DNA from: an uncultured archaeon
Lineage (GTDB): Archaea; Micrarchaeota; Micrarchaeia; Micrarchaeales; CABMGC01
NCBI GenBank assembly: GCA_963787445.1
Contig: CAWBCT010000005.1
Location: 96,001-160,000 of the forward strand
Direction of reading: 5' to 3'
Length of the DNA stretch: 64,000 bases
Every line of letters starts with the position of its first letter. Position 1 is the stretch's first letter. The position numbers and the translations under genes are program-made. The notes under the pieces were generated by a model, which had not been told where the DNA came from, ran no database searches, and worked only from the letters and a program-made list of their open reading frames with translations. This document shows positions 29,808 through 38,724 of this stretch, in pieces.

Positions 29808-29829
29808 GGCTTTTTTGGCCAAAAAAGCC
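29808..29829. promoter_or_regulatory. perfect 22-bp palindrome in divergent promoter region (candidate operator)
   Basis: GGCTTTTTTGGCCAAAAAAGCC is its own reverse complement; lies between the giant gene and the divergent ORF at 30004. Confidence 0.5.
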
Positions 29830-30003
29830 CAAAAAAATGAAAAGTTCCGCTATTCAAGCCGTAAAAAATCAAAAAGTTTATTAAAATTCATGCAAAAATA
29901 ATGATTATCGGGGATTAGTGGACAGGCTATTCGTCGGTTTTGGCTGCAAATTTGCACTTTTGGGTAGGATGCTTTACGATACTTATTTAATCCTAGCCAG
30001 TTT

Positions 30004-30714
30004 ATGGTAATCATGGAGACGGAGGAGGCAGGGACGATAGAATACATACTTAGCGGGATAATACACAACCCCAAGACCTGGGAGGTGCTCCTGCCCGATT
30101 TTCTGAATCAGTTATTGGAGTACAGCGAAGCCCAGAGGAAAAGAATCATTGACGACATTATAAACGTTGCCCTAGAGGAGCTCTCCCAGGAGAACTATGA
30201 GACCTTCGTGGAGAGAGTTATCATGAGCATCGGGAAGCTTCCGGATGACGTGAGGTACGCGGTCCTCACAAGCAGCATAATCTCCCCAGAGGGAGTTAAA
30301 GGGGATAAGAGTGAAAAGGTGAGCATTACACTGGGCCACATAATTAAAAAGGTGACCGCTCAGGACAATGAGGATATGCAGGGGGTGATAAGGGCCGTAC
30401 TTGAGGCGATGCTTACGATGAGGGAAGAGGATGGGATTGCAGTGATGCGCGCAGTTGTCGCCAACTCCCGGAGGTTCAGCAGGGCCAACTACCTAAGGTA
30501 CGCGGTCTCGTGGCTGAATGTTGCAGGCGATATGGACAAGGCCTCGCTGAAGAAGTTCCTGAGAATGAGGGGAGAGGTGCTGGCTGAGGTGGAACCAATA
30601 AAACAGCTCATAAGCAATGACACGCTCATAAAGGTTGCAATGATGAGGATAACTGAGGAGAGGAGGAGAAGGATACTGGAGGCCACAGAGAGCCTGAATA
30701 AAGAGTCCAGGTAA
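30004..30714 (+). CDS. hypothetical all-alpha-helical protein
   Basis: 236-aa ORF with amphipathic helical pattern, no recognisable motif; TATA-like TTATTTAA upstream. Confidence 0.7.
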   Translation: MVIMETEEAGTIEYILSGIIHNPKTWEVLLPDFLNQLLEYSEAQRKRIIDDIINVALEELSQENYETFVERVIMSIGKLPDDVRYAVLTSSIISPEGVKGDKSEKVSITLGHIIKKVTAQDNEDMQGVIRAVLEAMLTMREEDGIAVMRAVVANSRRFSRANYLRYAVSWLNVAGDMDKASLKKFLRMRGEVLAEVEPIKQLISNDTLIKVAMMRITEERRRRILEATESLNKESR

Positions 30715-30723
30715 ATAAAGTCT

Positions 30724-31929
30724 TTACTTTTGCTTTAGGATAGTTGAAGGCTGCACCTTGGAGGCAAGAGCTATCGCATCGGACAGATCCTCCGACACCT
30801 GACCCTCTGCGCCTTTTAATCCGCACCTCAAAAAATAACTTCCAACCGCCATCGGAGAGGGAGAAGTGATGGAAGATTCGGATTTGGTTGGCACAAAATG
30901 AAGTATGTCTTCGTATATTTTCGCCCCGGAACGGCTGGCAAACCCTCTTTCCTGTTTCAGAACCATCTGGAATCCCTGTCCAGCAGCCAAAGCATACAAA
31001 AGCGCAGAGTTTTCAAACCCGATGTTCTTTATTCTGGATTCCCGGCCTATGACGACGATTATCCTGCCGCTTTCCTTCAATGTGCGCTTGATCTCCTTCA
31101 TCGCGGTTGACATGTCAATCGAGTATTGGATTATTGTGAGGAACCTATTTCCAAGGTTCTTCTTGTCGGAGCCGATCTCGCACTCGTCAATCTCGGATTG
31201 CTTGAATCCTGCAAGCCACAGCGCCTTTTTGTAATTCCTGCTGTAGTTGAATACGCCAGGATAGGGCGGTGATGTCAGGACCAGATCCACTGACCTGTTT
31301 TTTATCGGCAGGCTTCGAGCGTCGGCCTTGAACACAACACACTTTCTGACGCTGTAGGGCAACTCGTTTATTATCTTTTTGTGGATGTTGAACGCATTCG
31401 TCAGGCTCTTTGCCATCTCCTTTTCGTCGAGTAGGGAAGCCCTCATCAGGACGTTTGCCAGAATATTGTACACCAGGGGCCTCTTTGACGCATCCTTTAG
31501 CATGGATCTCATGTTGGAGTCAAAAGAGTTTGGTTCTTTAAGGTTTTTTTCTATCATTTTCATTGCTGTGTCAAGATATTTCTTCCGCTCGTTTTTCTTT
31601 AGATTGCAGAAAACAGCGGTCCTTGCCAGTTCAACTGCGGCAGGACTTATCTCCGAACCAAGACAGGAACGTGATTTATGCGCGGCCTCAAAAAGCGTTG
31701 TTCCGCTGCCGACAAAAGGATCCAGGATTACGGAGTTGGGTTTTGAATACTTGTCAAGAAGAACCTCAACCAGTTCCGGTGGGAACTGTCCGCTCCATTG
31801 AAACAGGCTTTTCCTGCTGCGCTCCTCCAAATCCAATTTGCTTTTCGGTATGGATGATCTGTCTACGGGAAAATCATGGAACTCCTTAATCAGGGATGGG
31901 ATTTTATAATCTGGGATTTCTTCGGGCAT
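30724..31929 (-). CDS. orphan amino-DNA methyltransferase (probably N4-cytosine)
   Basis: Motif I DPFVGSGTT precedes motif IV LTSPPY (SPPY is typical of m4C MTases); no adjacent restriction enzyme recognised. Confidence 0.88.
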   Translation of the reverse strand: MPEEIPDYKIPSLIKEFHDFPVDRSSIPKSKLDLEERSRKSLFQWSGQFPPELVEVLLDKYSKPNSVILDPFVGSGTTLFEAAHKSRSCLGSEISPAAVELARTAVFCNLKKNERKKYLDTAMKMIEKNLKEPNSFDSNMRSMLKDASKRPLVYNILANVLMRASLLDEKEMAKSLTNAFNIHKKIINELPYSVRKCVVFKADARSLPIKNRSVDLVLTSPPYPGVFNYSRNYKKALWLAGFKQSEIDECEIGSDKKNLGNRFLTIIQYSIDMSTAMKEIKRTLKESGRIIVVIGRESRIKNIGFENSALLYALAAGQGFQMVLKQERGFASRSGAKIYEDILHFVPTKSESSITSPSPMAVGSYFLRCGLKGAEGQVSEDLSDAIALASKVQPSTILKQK

Positions 31930-31944
31930 GGTTTCCTCTCAAAA

Positions 31945-33321
31945 TCAAACTTCCTTTTTGGGATCCAGAATTTTCTCAAGTGTTTTCCTGTCAAGAACCC
32001 CGAGTTCAAGGCAGACCTGCATGACACTCTTGCTTTCGTCGCGTGCCTTGTTCGCTATCTCTGCGGCCTTGGCGTATCCCACGTAGGGATTCAACGCAGT
32101 TGCGAGCTCCATGTCCATCTCAAGGTTGCGCCCAATCCCCTTCTCATTCGCCTTTATTCCTTTGACGCAGAGCTTTGTGAAACTCTCAACAGCCTTCGAC
32201 AGAAGCTCAATCGAAGAGATTAACTCAAAGGAGGTAACAGGAGTAAATACGTTCAGTTCAAGCTGCGCGGCTGCTGCAGATGTTCTTACTGCGTGGTTTG
32301 AGCCCATGACATGCATGCAAACCATGCCAAGCATCTCCGCCATGCTGGGATTTATCTTGCCCGGCATTATCGATGAGCCCGGCTGCACCGCGGGCAGGAC
32401 AAGCTCGTTGAGTCCGGCGCGCGGGCCGGAGCCCATCAACCTGAGATCGTTGCAGATTTTTGTGAGGCAGATTGCGCACATCTCCAGCACACCGGCCACG
32501 TGAAGCTGGTCTGTGCGGAACGACATGTTTGTGAAGATATCCCTGTTGGTTATCCTCACCTTGAGCTCCTTGCTGAGCTCGCTTATCATCTGCTTTGTGT
32601 AGGCATCTCCGGCGTTTATCCCGGTTCCGACCGCTGTCCCGCCGATTGGAACGTTAAGCAGATTCTGTGCGCTCCACTTTGCATCTTCGATGCAGCTCTT
32701 AACTGCACCGGCGTAGGCCTCGAACTCCTCCCCAAGCCTTATGGGCACAGCATCCTGAAGATGCGTCCTGCCGACCTTGACTAGCGTGTGAAACTCTTTT
32801 GTCTTCTTATTTAATTCCGTTTCAAGCGCTTTCAGTGCCGGGATGAGCTGCGTTGTGGTAAGCCACCAGAGGGTAAGGTTCACAGTTGTCGGATAGGTGT
32901 CATTTGTCGACTGCGACATGTTGACATGGTCGTTAGGGTGGACGATCTTGTAGTTGCCCTTCTTCCCTCCGAGAATCTCTATGGCCCGGTTGGCTATTAC
33001 CTCATTAACATTCATGTTGATGCTCGTGCCTGCGCCTGACTGGAAGACGTCGATCTGGAACTGGTCGCGGAACTTTCCGTCCATTATCTCATCCGCGGCC
33101 TTCACGATTGCGTTTGCCCTTCTCTTGTCGAGCTTCCCGGCCTTCAGGTTCGCCATCGCTGCGCACTTCTTCACGATTGCGTAGCCGTAGATCAGGTACT
33201 GGCTTGTGGCGATGCCTGAGATCCTGTAATTGTCAAGCGAGCGCTTGGTCTCGGAGCCGTAGTAGGCCTCGCTCGGCACGTTTACATATCCTATTGCATC
33301 CTTTTCGCGTCTGGTTTTCAT
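31945..33321 (-). CDS. aspartate ammonia-lyase / class II fumarate hydratase family
   Basis: GSSIMPGKINP signature, GRTHLQDA; SQSTNDTYPT and QSGAGTSINMN lean towards AspA. Confidence 0.9.
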   Translation of the reverse strand: MKTRREKDAIGYVNVPSEAYYGSETKRSLDNYRISGIATSQYLIYGYAIVKKCAAMANLKAGKLDKRRANAIVKAADEIMDGKFRDQFQIDVFQSGAGTSINMNVNEVIANRAIEILGGKKGNYKIVHPNDHVNMSQSTNDTYPTTVNLTLWWLTTTQLIPALKALETELNKKTKEFHTLVKVGRTHLQDAVPIRLGEEFEAYAGAVKSCIEDAKWSAQNLLNVPIGGTAVGTGINAGDAYTKQMISELSKELKVRITNRDIFTNMSFRTDQLHVAGVLEMCAICLTKICNDLRLMGSGPRAGLNELVLPAVQPGSSIMPGKINPSMAEMLGMVCMHVMGSNHAVRTSAAAAQLELNVFTPVTSFELISSIELLSKAVESFTKLCVKGIKANEKGIGRNLEMDMELATALNPYVGYAKAAEIANKARDESKSVMQVCLELGVLDRKTLEKILDPKKEV

Positions 33322-33329
33322 GGTGACAC

Positions 33330-34301
33330 CTATTCTTTATCCGAATTAAGATAACTCTTTGCGGTCTCCGCCTTAAGCAGCTGTATCGCTGTTGCAGGAT
33401 CGACTCCCTTCGGGCAGACGGCAGAGCATGCGCCCGCATACTCGCAGCCCCAGAGCCCGCTGAGCCTGTCGACCGCCTTTATTCTTTCAACTCCCTTCTG
33501 GTCGCGGTTGTCCTTGAGATATCTGTAGGTTTGGGCGAGCGCCTGGGGTCCTGTGAACTCGGCGTTGGTGTTGACCACGGGGCAGGCGTCATTGCAAAGC
33601 CCGCACATTATGCAGTATGAATAGGGGAGAAACTCGCTTATCTGGTCGGGCTTCTGGTCGTAGACGCTCTTCGCACTCAGCTGCTCCTTCTTGTCCTTCC
33701 TGTACAGCACCGGCTCCACCGAGCTGTGCTTGCCGAAGAACTCCCTGAAGTCGGTGACCAGGTCCTTGAGCATCGGGTGCGCCTTCATCGGCCCGACGGT
33801 TATCCTCCCGTTCTTTGAGCAGGCGAGCGCGCCCGACTCGCAGGCGAGCGCCGGCTTTCCGTTAATCACAACGCCGCAGGAGCCGCAGATTCCCATCCTG
33901 CAGCTGTACCTAACGGCGAGCGAGGCGTCCTTCGTGTGCTTCACCTCGATGAGCGCGTCAAGGACGGTTGTGAACCGGTCTGCCGGGACCTTGTAGGATG
34001 CGGCCTTCATCGTTTTTGTCGAGGCGTCGAACCGGTCTACAGCAACCTCCACGTAGCCCTGTGTGGGCTCTACGTTTTCTAGGTGCTTCTCATACCTTAT
34101 GCTTTCCCTGGAGGCAGGGCCTGCAAACACCTCCATGAAACCCAGGAGCCCAAAAACCACCAAGTCAAGGGCGATAAGGGAGAGTATTGGGATGGCGTAT
34201 GCCTGCGCGCCGAAGAGCGAGGAGAGAAGGAGGATGAAAAGCAGCAACGGCAGGGCTCCCATTGCGACGTATATGAGCACGTTGGGTTGGGGTGCGCGCA
34301 T
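33330..34301 (-). CDS. sdhB: succinate dehydrogenase/fumarate reductase Fe-S subunit with N-terminal 2-TM extension
   Basis: SCRMGICGSC...C (2Fe-2S), CIMCGLCNDACP and CEYAGACSAVCP; ATG at 34301 overlaps the upstream TGA (TGATG). Confidence 0.92.
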   Translation of the reverse strand: MRAPQPNVLIYVAMGALPLLLFILLLSSLFGAQAYAIPILSLIALDLVVFGLLGFMEVFAGPASRESIRYEKHLENVEPTQGYVEVAVDRFDASTKTMKAASYKVPADRFTTVLDALIEVKHTKDASLAVRYSCRMGICGSCGVVINGKPALACESGALACSKNGRITVGPMKAHPMLKDLVTDFREFFGKHSSVEPVLYRKDKKEQLSAKSVYDQKPDQISEFLPYSYCIMCGLCNDACPVVNTNAEFTGPQALAQTYRYLKDNRDQKGVERIKAVDRLSGLWGCEYAGACSAVCPKGVDPATAIQLLKAETAKSYLNSDKE

Positions 34302-34708
34302 CAGAACCACTTCCACAATGCGATTAGAAACAATATAAGCCATAGCGCAAGCGCCGCATAGGGCAATATACGGAACGCCATGCCCGGCCTCTCGCTCTTC
34401 TGGAGCGAGTTGAGGAACGACTCGTTCATGGTCTTTGAGCTGCGACCTTTCGTCATGACCAGCGCAAGGACCTTGACGATCGCATACAGCTGCGGCGCGA
34501 AGAGTATCCAGACGGCCAGCAGCAGCGCCTTGAGCACCAGATAGGAAAGGGGAGTTTGCAACACGATGTACGCAACTGCGGAAATTGCGGTGATGAACGA
34601 GACAAAGATAAGAATCCTGAAGAAGAGCATTTGCACCAGCGAGGGCTTGTCGAAGCCGTAGAGCCTGAAGATATTTTTCTGACTTCCTCTCAGGTCAACC
34701 GGCTCCAT
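34301..34708 (-). CDS. 3-TM membrane protein, putative non-canonical complex II anchor
   Basis: Start MEPVDL at 34708 with GGTGA RBS; three hydrophobic helices, no His; lies between sdhA and sdhB. Confidence 0.7.
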   Translation of the reverse strand: MEPVDLRGSQKNIFRLYGFDKPSLVQMLFFRILIFVSFITAISAVAYIVLQTPLSYLVLKALLLAVWILFAPQLYAIVKVLALVMTKGRSSKTMNESFLNSLQKSERPGMAFRILPYAALALWLILFLIALWKWF

Positions 34709-34716
34709 GGGATCAC

Positions 34717-36441
34717 CTAGTACTTCCTCTCCTCCGGCTGCCACTTGGTCACCCTGACCGGGAGATAACCTATGGCGCTGCCCTTGCTTCCTTCGCGGCT
34801 GATGAGCGTGTGCTTCATCCAATTCTTGTCATCCCTCTTCGGATGCTCGAGGACGTAGTGGGAGCCGCGGCTCTCCTGCCTGTTGAGCGCACACTTTGCG
34901 ACCGCCAGGGAGAGGTCCAGCAGGTGGCCTATCTCTATCACATCGCGCAGGTTGGTGTTGAAGGTGCTGCCCCTGTCCTGCAGGTAGATGTCGGCGAACT
35001 CCTTCTCCAGCTCGAGTATCTTCCTCATCCCCTCCTGCATCTGCCTGACCGATTTGTAAACGTAGAAGTGAGTGTCCATGATTAAGGAGAGCGCCTTCTG
35101 CAGGTCGTACGGGTTGTTCTTCCCGTCGCTTTCGAGCAGGCGGGCAATGCGCGCACGTTCGCCGTCGAACGGGTCCTTCTTTGCCTGGCCGGCGACCTTG
35201 GCTGCGTGCTCGGCGGCCTCGACTCCGGCGATTCTGCCCCAGACCGCGCACTGGCTCAGCGAGTTGCTGCCAAGCCTGTTTGCGCCGTGCACGCTCACGC
35301 AGCCGCACTCGCCTATCGCCCACACTCCAGGAAATGCGGATCCCCTGGAGGAGAGCACCCGGCCGTGTAGGTCGGTGTGTATGCCGCCCATGGTGAAGTG
35401 CGCCGCGGGCCTTACCGGTATCGGCTCCTCGGCGGGGTCTAGCCGCAGGCTCTTCATGCAAATCTCCTTGATCATCGGGAGCCGCTCGTCTATGGACTCG
35501 CCCTTGAGGTGCGTCAGGTCGAGCAGCACGTGTTTGATGCGCGAGTTCCTGTCAACAACGCCCCTGCCCTCATTTATCTCGGTCATTATCGACCTGGAGA
35601 TTATGTCCCTCGGCGCGAGCTCCATCTTTTCCTTCGCGTAGCGCTCCATGAAGCGCTCCCCTTTTGAGTTGAGCAGATGGCCGCCTTCGCCGCGCGCCGC
35701 CTCGGTTATGAGTATCCCGTTGGGCACAAGCGCCGTCGGGTGGTACTGCACGAACTCCATGTCCTTCAGGGCGAAGCCGGCATTGTAGGCCATCGCCGTG
35801 CCGTCCCCGGTGCTCGAGTAGGAGGTGGTGGTGAAGCCGTGGATTCGGGCGTACCCGCCCGTCGCTATTATCAGCGAGTTCGCCGTGAAGACGTGTTCGC
35901 TCCCGTCCTTGAGGTCCAGTGCGTAAACAGAGTTGGCCCCTTTTTGGTGGCTGATGGAGGTTGCCACGTGCTCGTGAAAGATCTCTATGCCGGGCATGCC
36001 CTGCGCCGTGTCGTAAAGCGCGCGCATCATGAAGAAGCCCGTCTTGTCGGCCGCGAAGGCGGTTCTTGGGATGCTCATCCCGCCGAACTTCCTCTCCACT
36101 ATCTCGCCTTTGCTGTTCCTGTTCCAGGGCACTCCGAGGTGCTCGAAGAAGCGGATCTCCTCGGGCGCATGCTTCACTAGAAGCTCCACCGCGTCCTGGT
36201 CGGCAAGGTAATCGGCGCCCTTGACCGTGTCGTAGGCGTGCAGGGCGTAGGAGTCGGCGTCGGTTTTGGGATAAAGGACACCGGAGATCCCTCCCTCGGC
36301 CGAGACCGAGTGGCTCCGCATGGCGTGGAGCTTCGAGACCACTGCTACTCGCGGCTTGCTCCTGGCGTTGGCGGCGTGAATAGCAGCGGTGAAGCCGGCT
36401 ATTCCGCTCCCAAGTACAACTATGTCATAATCGAGCCCCAT
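34717..36441 (-). CDS. sdhA: succinate dehydrogenase/fumarate reductase flavoprotein subunit
   Basis: GSGIAG, RSHSVSAEGG (covalent FAD His), QYHPT, EAARGEGG, HFTMGG, HGANRLGSNSL, ESRGSH. Confidence 0.96.
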   Translation of the reverse strand: MGLDYDIVVLGSGIAGFTAAIHAANARSKPRVAVVSKLHAMRSHSVSAEGGISGVLYPKTDADSYALHAYDTVKGADYLADQDAVELLVKHAPEEIRFFEHLGVPWNRNSKGEIVERKFGGMSIPRTAFAADKTGFFMMRALYDTAQGMPGIEIFHEHVATSISHQKGANSVYALDLKDGSEHVFTANSLIIATGGYARIHGFTTTSYSSTGDGTAMAYNAGFALKDMEFVQYHPTALVPNGILITEAARGEGGHLLNSKGERFMERYAKEKMELAPRDIISRSIMTEINEGRGVVDRNSRIKHVLLDLTHLKGESIDERLPMIKEICMKSLRLDPAEEPIPVRPAAHFTMGGIHTDLHGRVLSSRGSAFPGVWAIGECGCVSVHGANRLGSNSLSQCAVWGRIAGVEAAEHAAKVAGQAKKDPFDGERARIARLLESDGKNNPYDLQKALSLIMDTHFYVYKSVRQMQEGMRKILELEKEFADIYLQDRGSTFNTNLRDVIEIGHLLDLSLAVAKCALNRQESRGSHYVLEHPKRDDKNWMKHTLISREGSKGSAIGYLPVRVTKWQPEERKY

Positions 36442-36533
36442 ACAAACATTAACAGATAAATGACAAAGGCTAAAAATACTAACTCATCATATAGAATGTC
36501 AAGCCGGGAAATGCGCGCGCAGGCCAGGCGCGC

Positions 36534-37862
36534 ATGGCGACGTCAAAAGGCAATCCGATGGATGAAATAACCTTCTACAACTTTGAAGACGTTGTCCTAG
36601 ACCTCCTTGTCTCAAAGCTCGCCGGGGTGGCGAACGAGCAGGACAGGCAGGCCGCCATAGAGCGCGCGGCGAAGGCGGTTAATCCCGAGATAAGCCACGA
36701 GGATCTGGATCATCTGATTGCAGACCTGAACGACTTCCACCCGATCGAGAACTACATAAACAACGAGGAGGTTGAAGACGTAATGATAAACAACACGAAG
36801 AATATCTTCGTGTACCATGCGGAGAAGGGCAACATCAAGGCGCCCGAAGTGATCGACGACCGCAAGGACCTGGAGCGCCTGGTGAAGAAGTTCAAGATGT
36901 ACGCGACAACCATGGCCGCAAAGCAGAACATCTACGACGTTCACCTCCCAAACAAGTCGCGTGTCAACATAGTCGAGTCGCCGCTTGGCGCCGATATAAC
37001 CATTAGAAACTTCAGGAACAAGGCCATGAGCATAATAGACATGATCAACGGCGGCGAGTTCAGCTACAACATGGCCGGAAGGCTGTGGCTGTATGCAGAA
37101 GGATTGAAGGTGAGGCCGGCAAACCTTGTGATAGGGGGCATGCCAGCGGCAGGAAAGACAACGCTGCTCAACGCGATGTTCAGCTTCTTCAGGCCAGAAC
37201 AGAGGATAGTCACGATAGAGGAGACCTACGAGCTGAACACGGAGACGCAGGAGAACTGCGTCAGGCTTGAGACCAGCACCGACATCTCTTTGCAGGATCT
37301 TGTCCAGAACGCGCTGCGCATGAGGCCCGACCTGGTCATAATCGGGGAGGTGAGGGGTGAGGAGGCGAAGGACATGATGACGGCGATGAACATCGGGAAG
37401 ATCTCCATGACCACGATCCACGCGAGCACGGCGAGGGACGTGATAACGAGGCTCGAGCACACCCCGATGGACGTCGAGAAGGACATAATACCGCTCATAG
37501 ACGCGATAATAATGGTCTCGCAGATAAACAACAACGGGAAGATGCAGAGGAGGATAACCCAGGTGTCCGAGATCTCGGGCATAGAGACGCAGGTCCTGCT
37601 GTCGGACCTCTACCGCTATGACTACAAGACGAACAAGGGCTCGGACATACTTCCTAGCGTAACCTACAGGGACACGCTGGCCTCGCTGACGGGAATACCG
37701 CCCAGCAAGATAATACTTGAGGAGCAGAGGAGGGGCAGGATACTGGAGCAGCTCAACAAGGTGGGCATACGCGGGATGGAGGAGATAAACGAGTTCTGCA
37801 GGGAGTACTATGACAACCCGAACTATGCGATGAAGCGCATAGGGATGACCGAGACCGTCTGA
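36534..37862 (+). CDS. type II/IV secretion (TadA/CpaF/FlaI-family) ATPase, standalone
   Basis: GGMPAAGKTT Walker A, TIEETYEL Asp box, ALRMRPD..IIGEVRG Walker B, TTIHA His box. Confidence 0.9.
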   Translation: MATSKGNPMDEITFYNFEDVVLDLLVSKLAGVANEQDRQAAIERAAKAVNPEISHEDLDHLIADLNDFHPIENYINNEEVEDVMINNTKNIFVYHAEKGNIKAPEVIDDRKDLERLVKKFKMYATTMAAKQNIYDVHLPNKSRVNIVESPLGADITIRNFRNKAMSIIDMINGGEFSYNMAGRLWLYAEGLKVRPANLVIGGMPAAGKTTLLNAMFSFFRPEQRIVTIEETYELNTETQENCVRLETSTDISLQDLVQNALRMRPDLVIIGEVRGEEAKDMMTAMNIGKISMTTIHASTARDVITRLEHTPMDVEKDIIPLIDAIIMVSQINNNGKMQRRITQVSEISGIETQVLLSDLYRYDYKTNKGSDILPSVTYRDTLASLTGIPPSKIILEEQRRGRILEQLNKVGIRGMEEINEFCREYYDNPNYAMKRIGMTETV

Positions 37863-37919
37863 TGAACCTAAAACTTATTATGCGCTCAATCCTAGATAAT
37901 CAGAAGCTGGTGTGACCCT

Positions 37920-38657
37920 ATGCCGAATATCTCCTCGTTTGAAAGCAAGTACGCATCTACCCCGGCGGGCAGGATACACTATCTTGTCAACAAAGGGACT
38001 GGGAAGAAGCTGGTTCTGCTCCACGGCCTCGCCGCAACGGTCAGGAGCTGGACGCGGCTTGTCGCCTATCTGCCCGACGAGATGTACATCTGCATGATAG
38101 ACCTGTTGGGCCACGGTGACTCGGATGCGCCGGAGATTGACTACACGGTGGACCTGCAGAGGAAGTGCATAGATGTGGTCATCAGGGCCGAAGGCCTCTC
38201 GGATTTTTACATCCTGGGCCACTCCTACGGCGGCTGGCTGGCGGCCTCCTATGCAACGATAAATAAGGATGTGAGGGGCCTGATAGTGGAGGACTCGAAC
38301 GGGCTCTCCGCGTTTTTTGACGAGATAGTCGGGAGCGTGCAGCGCGAACAGTACAAGAAGGACCTCCTGAGAAAGGCGCTTGCGTTGGGGGCGAAGGAGC
38401 ACGTCACGAAAAGCATCCTGGCCGACGAGTTCAGCGAGCACATGCTCGATGAGGGGGATCTCCAGAAAATAAAGAGGCCGACGCTCATATTATGGGGAGA
38501 AAACGATGCGGTCATAGACCCAAAGTTCGGGCTGATGTTCAACAAATACATAAAGGGCAGCAAGCTGCAGTTCATAAAGGGCGCAAAGCATACGCCCCAT
38601 TACACAAACCCCGAGAAGGTCGCCGAATACCTGAAAGAGTTCGTGGATAGCACGTAA
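37920..38657 (+). CDS. alpha/beta fold hydrolase
   Basis: LLHGL, DLLGHGDS, GHSYGG nucleophile elbow, WGENDAV, AKHTPH. Confidence 0.92.
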   Translation: MPNISSFESKYASTPAGRIHYLVNKGTGKKLVLLHGLAATVRSWTRLVAYLPDEMYICMIDLLGHGDSDAPEIDYTVDLQRKCIDVVIRAEGLSDFYILGHSYGGWLAASYATINKDVRGLIVEDSNGLSAFFDEIVGSVQREQYKKDLLRKALALGAKEHVTKSILADEFSEHMLDEGDLQKIKRPTLILWGENDAVIDPKFGLMFNKYIKGSKLQFIKGAKHTPHYTNPEKVAEYLKEFVDST

Positions 38658-38724
38658 AAAGTTCGAAGATTTTTATATCTTTACACGCCAATAATTAGCA
38701 CACATACTTTGGTGAGTGTGTCTT

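Noticed and set aside
3907-31929. Integrated element at tRNA-Pro
   Set aside because: Accessory-looking genes follow the tRNA, but I found no integrase and no duplicated tRNA 3' end
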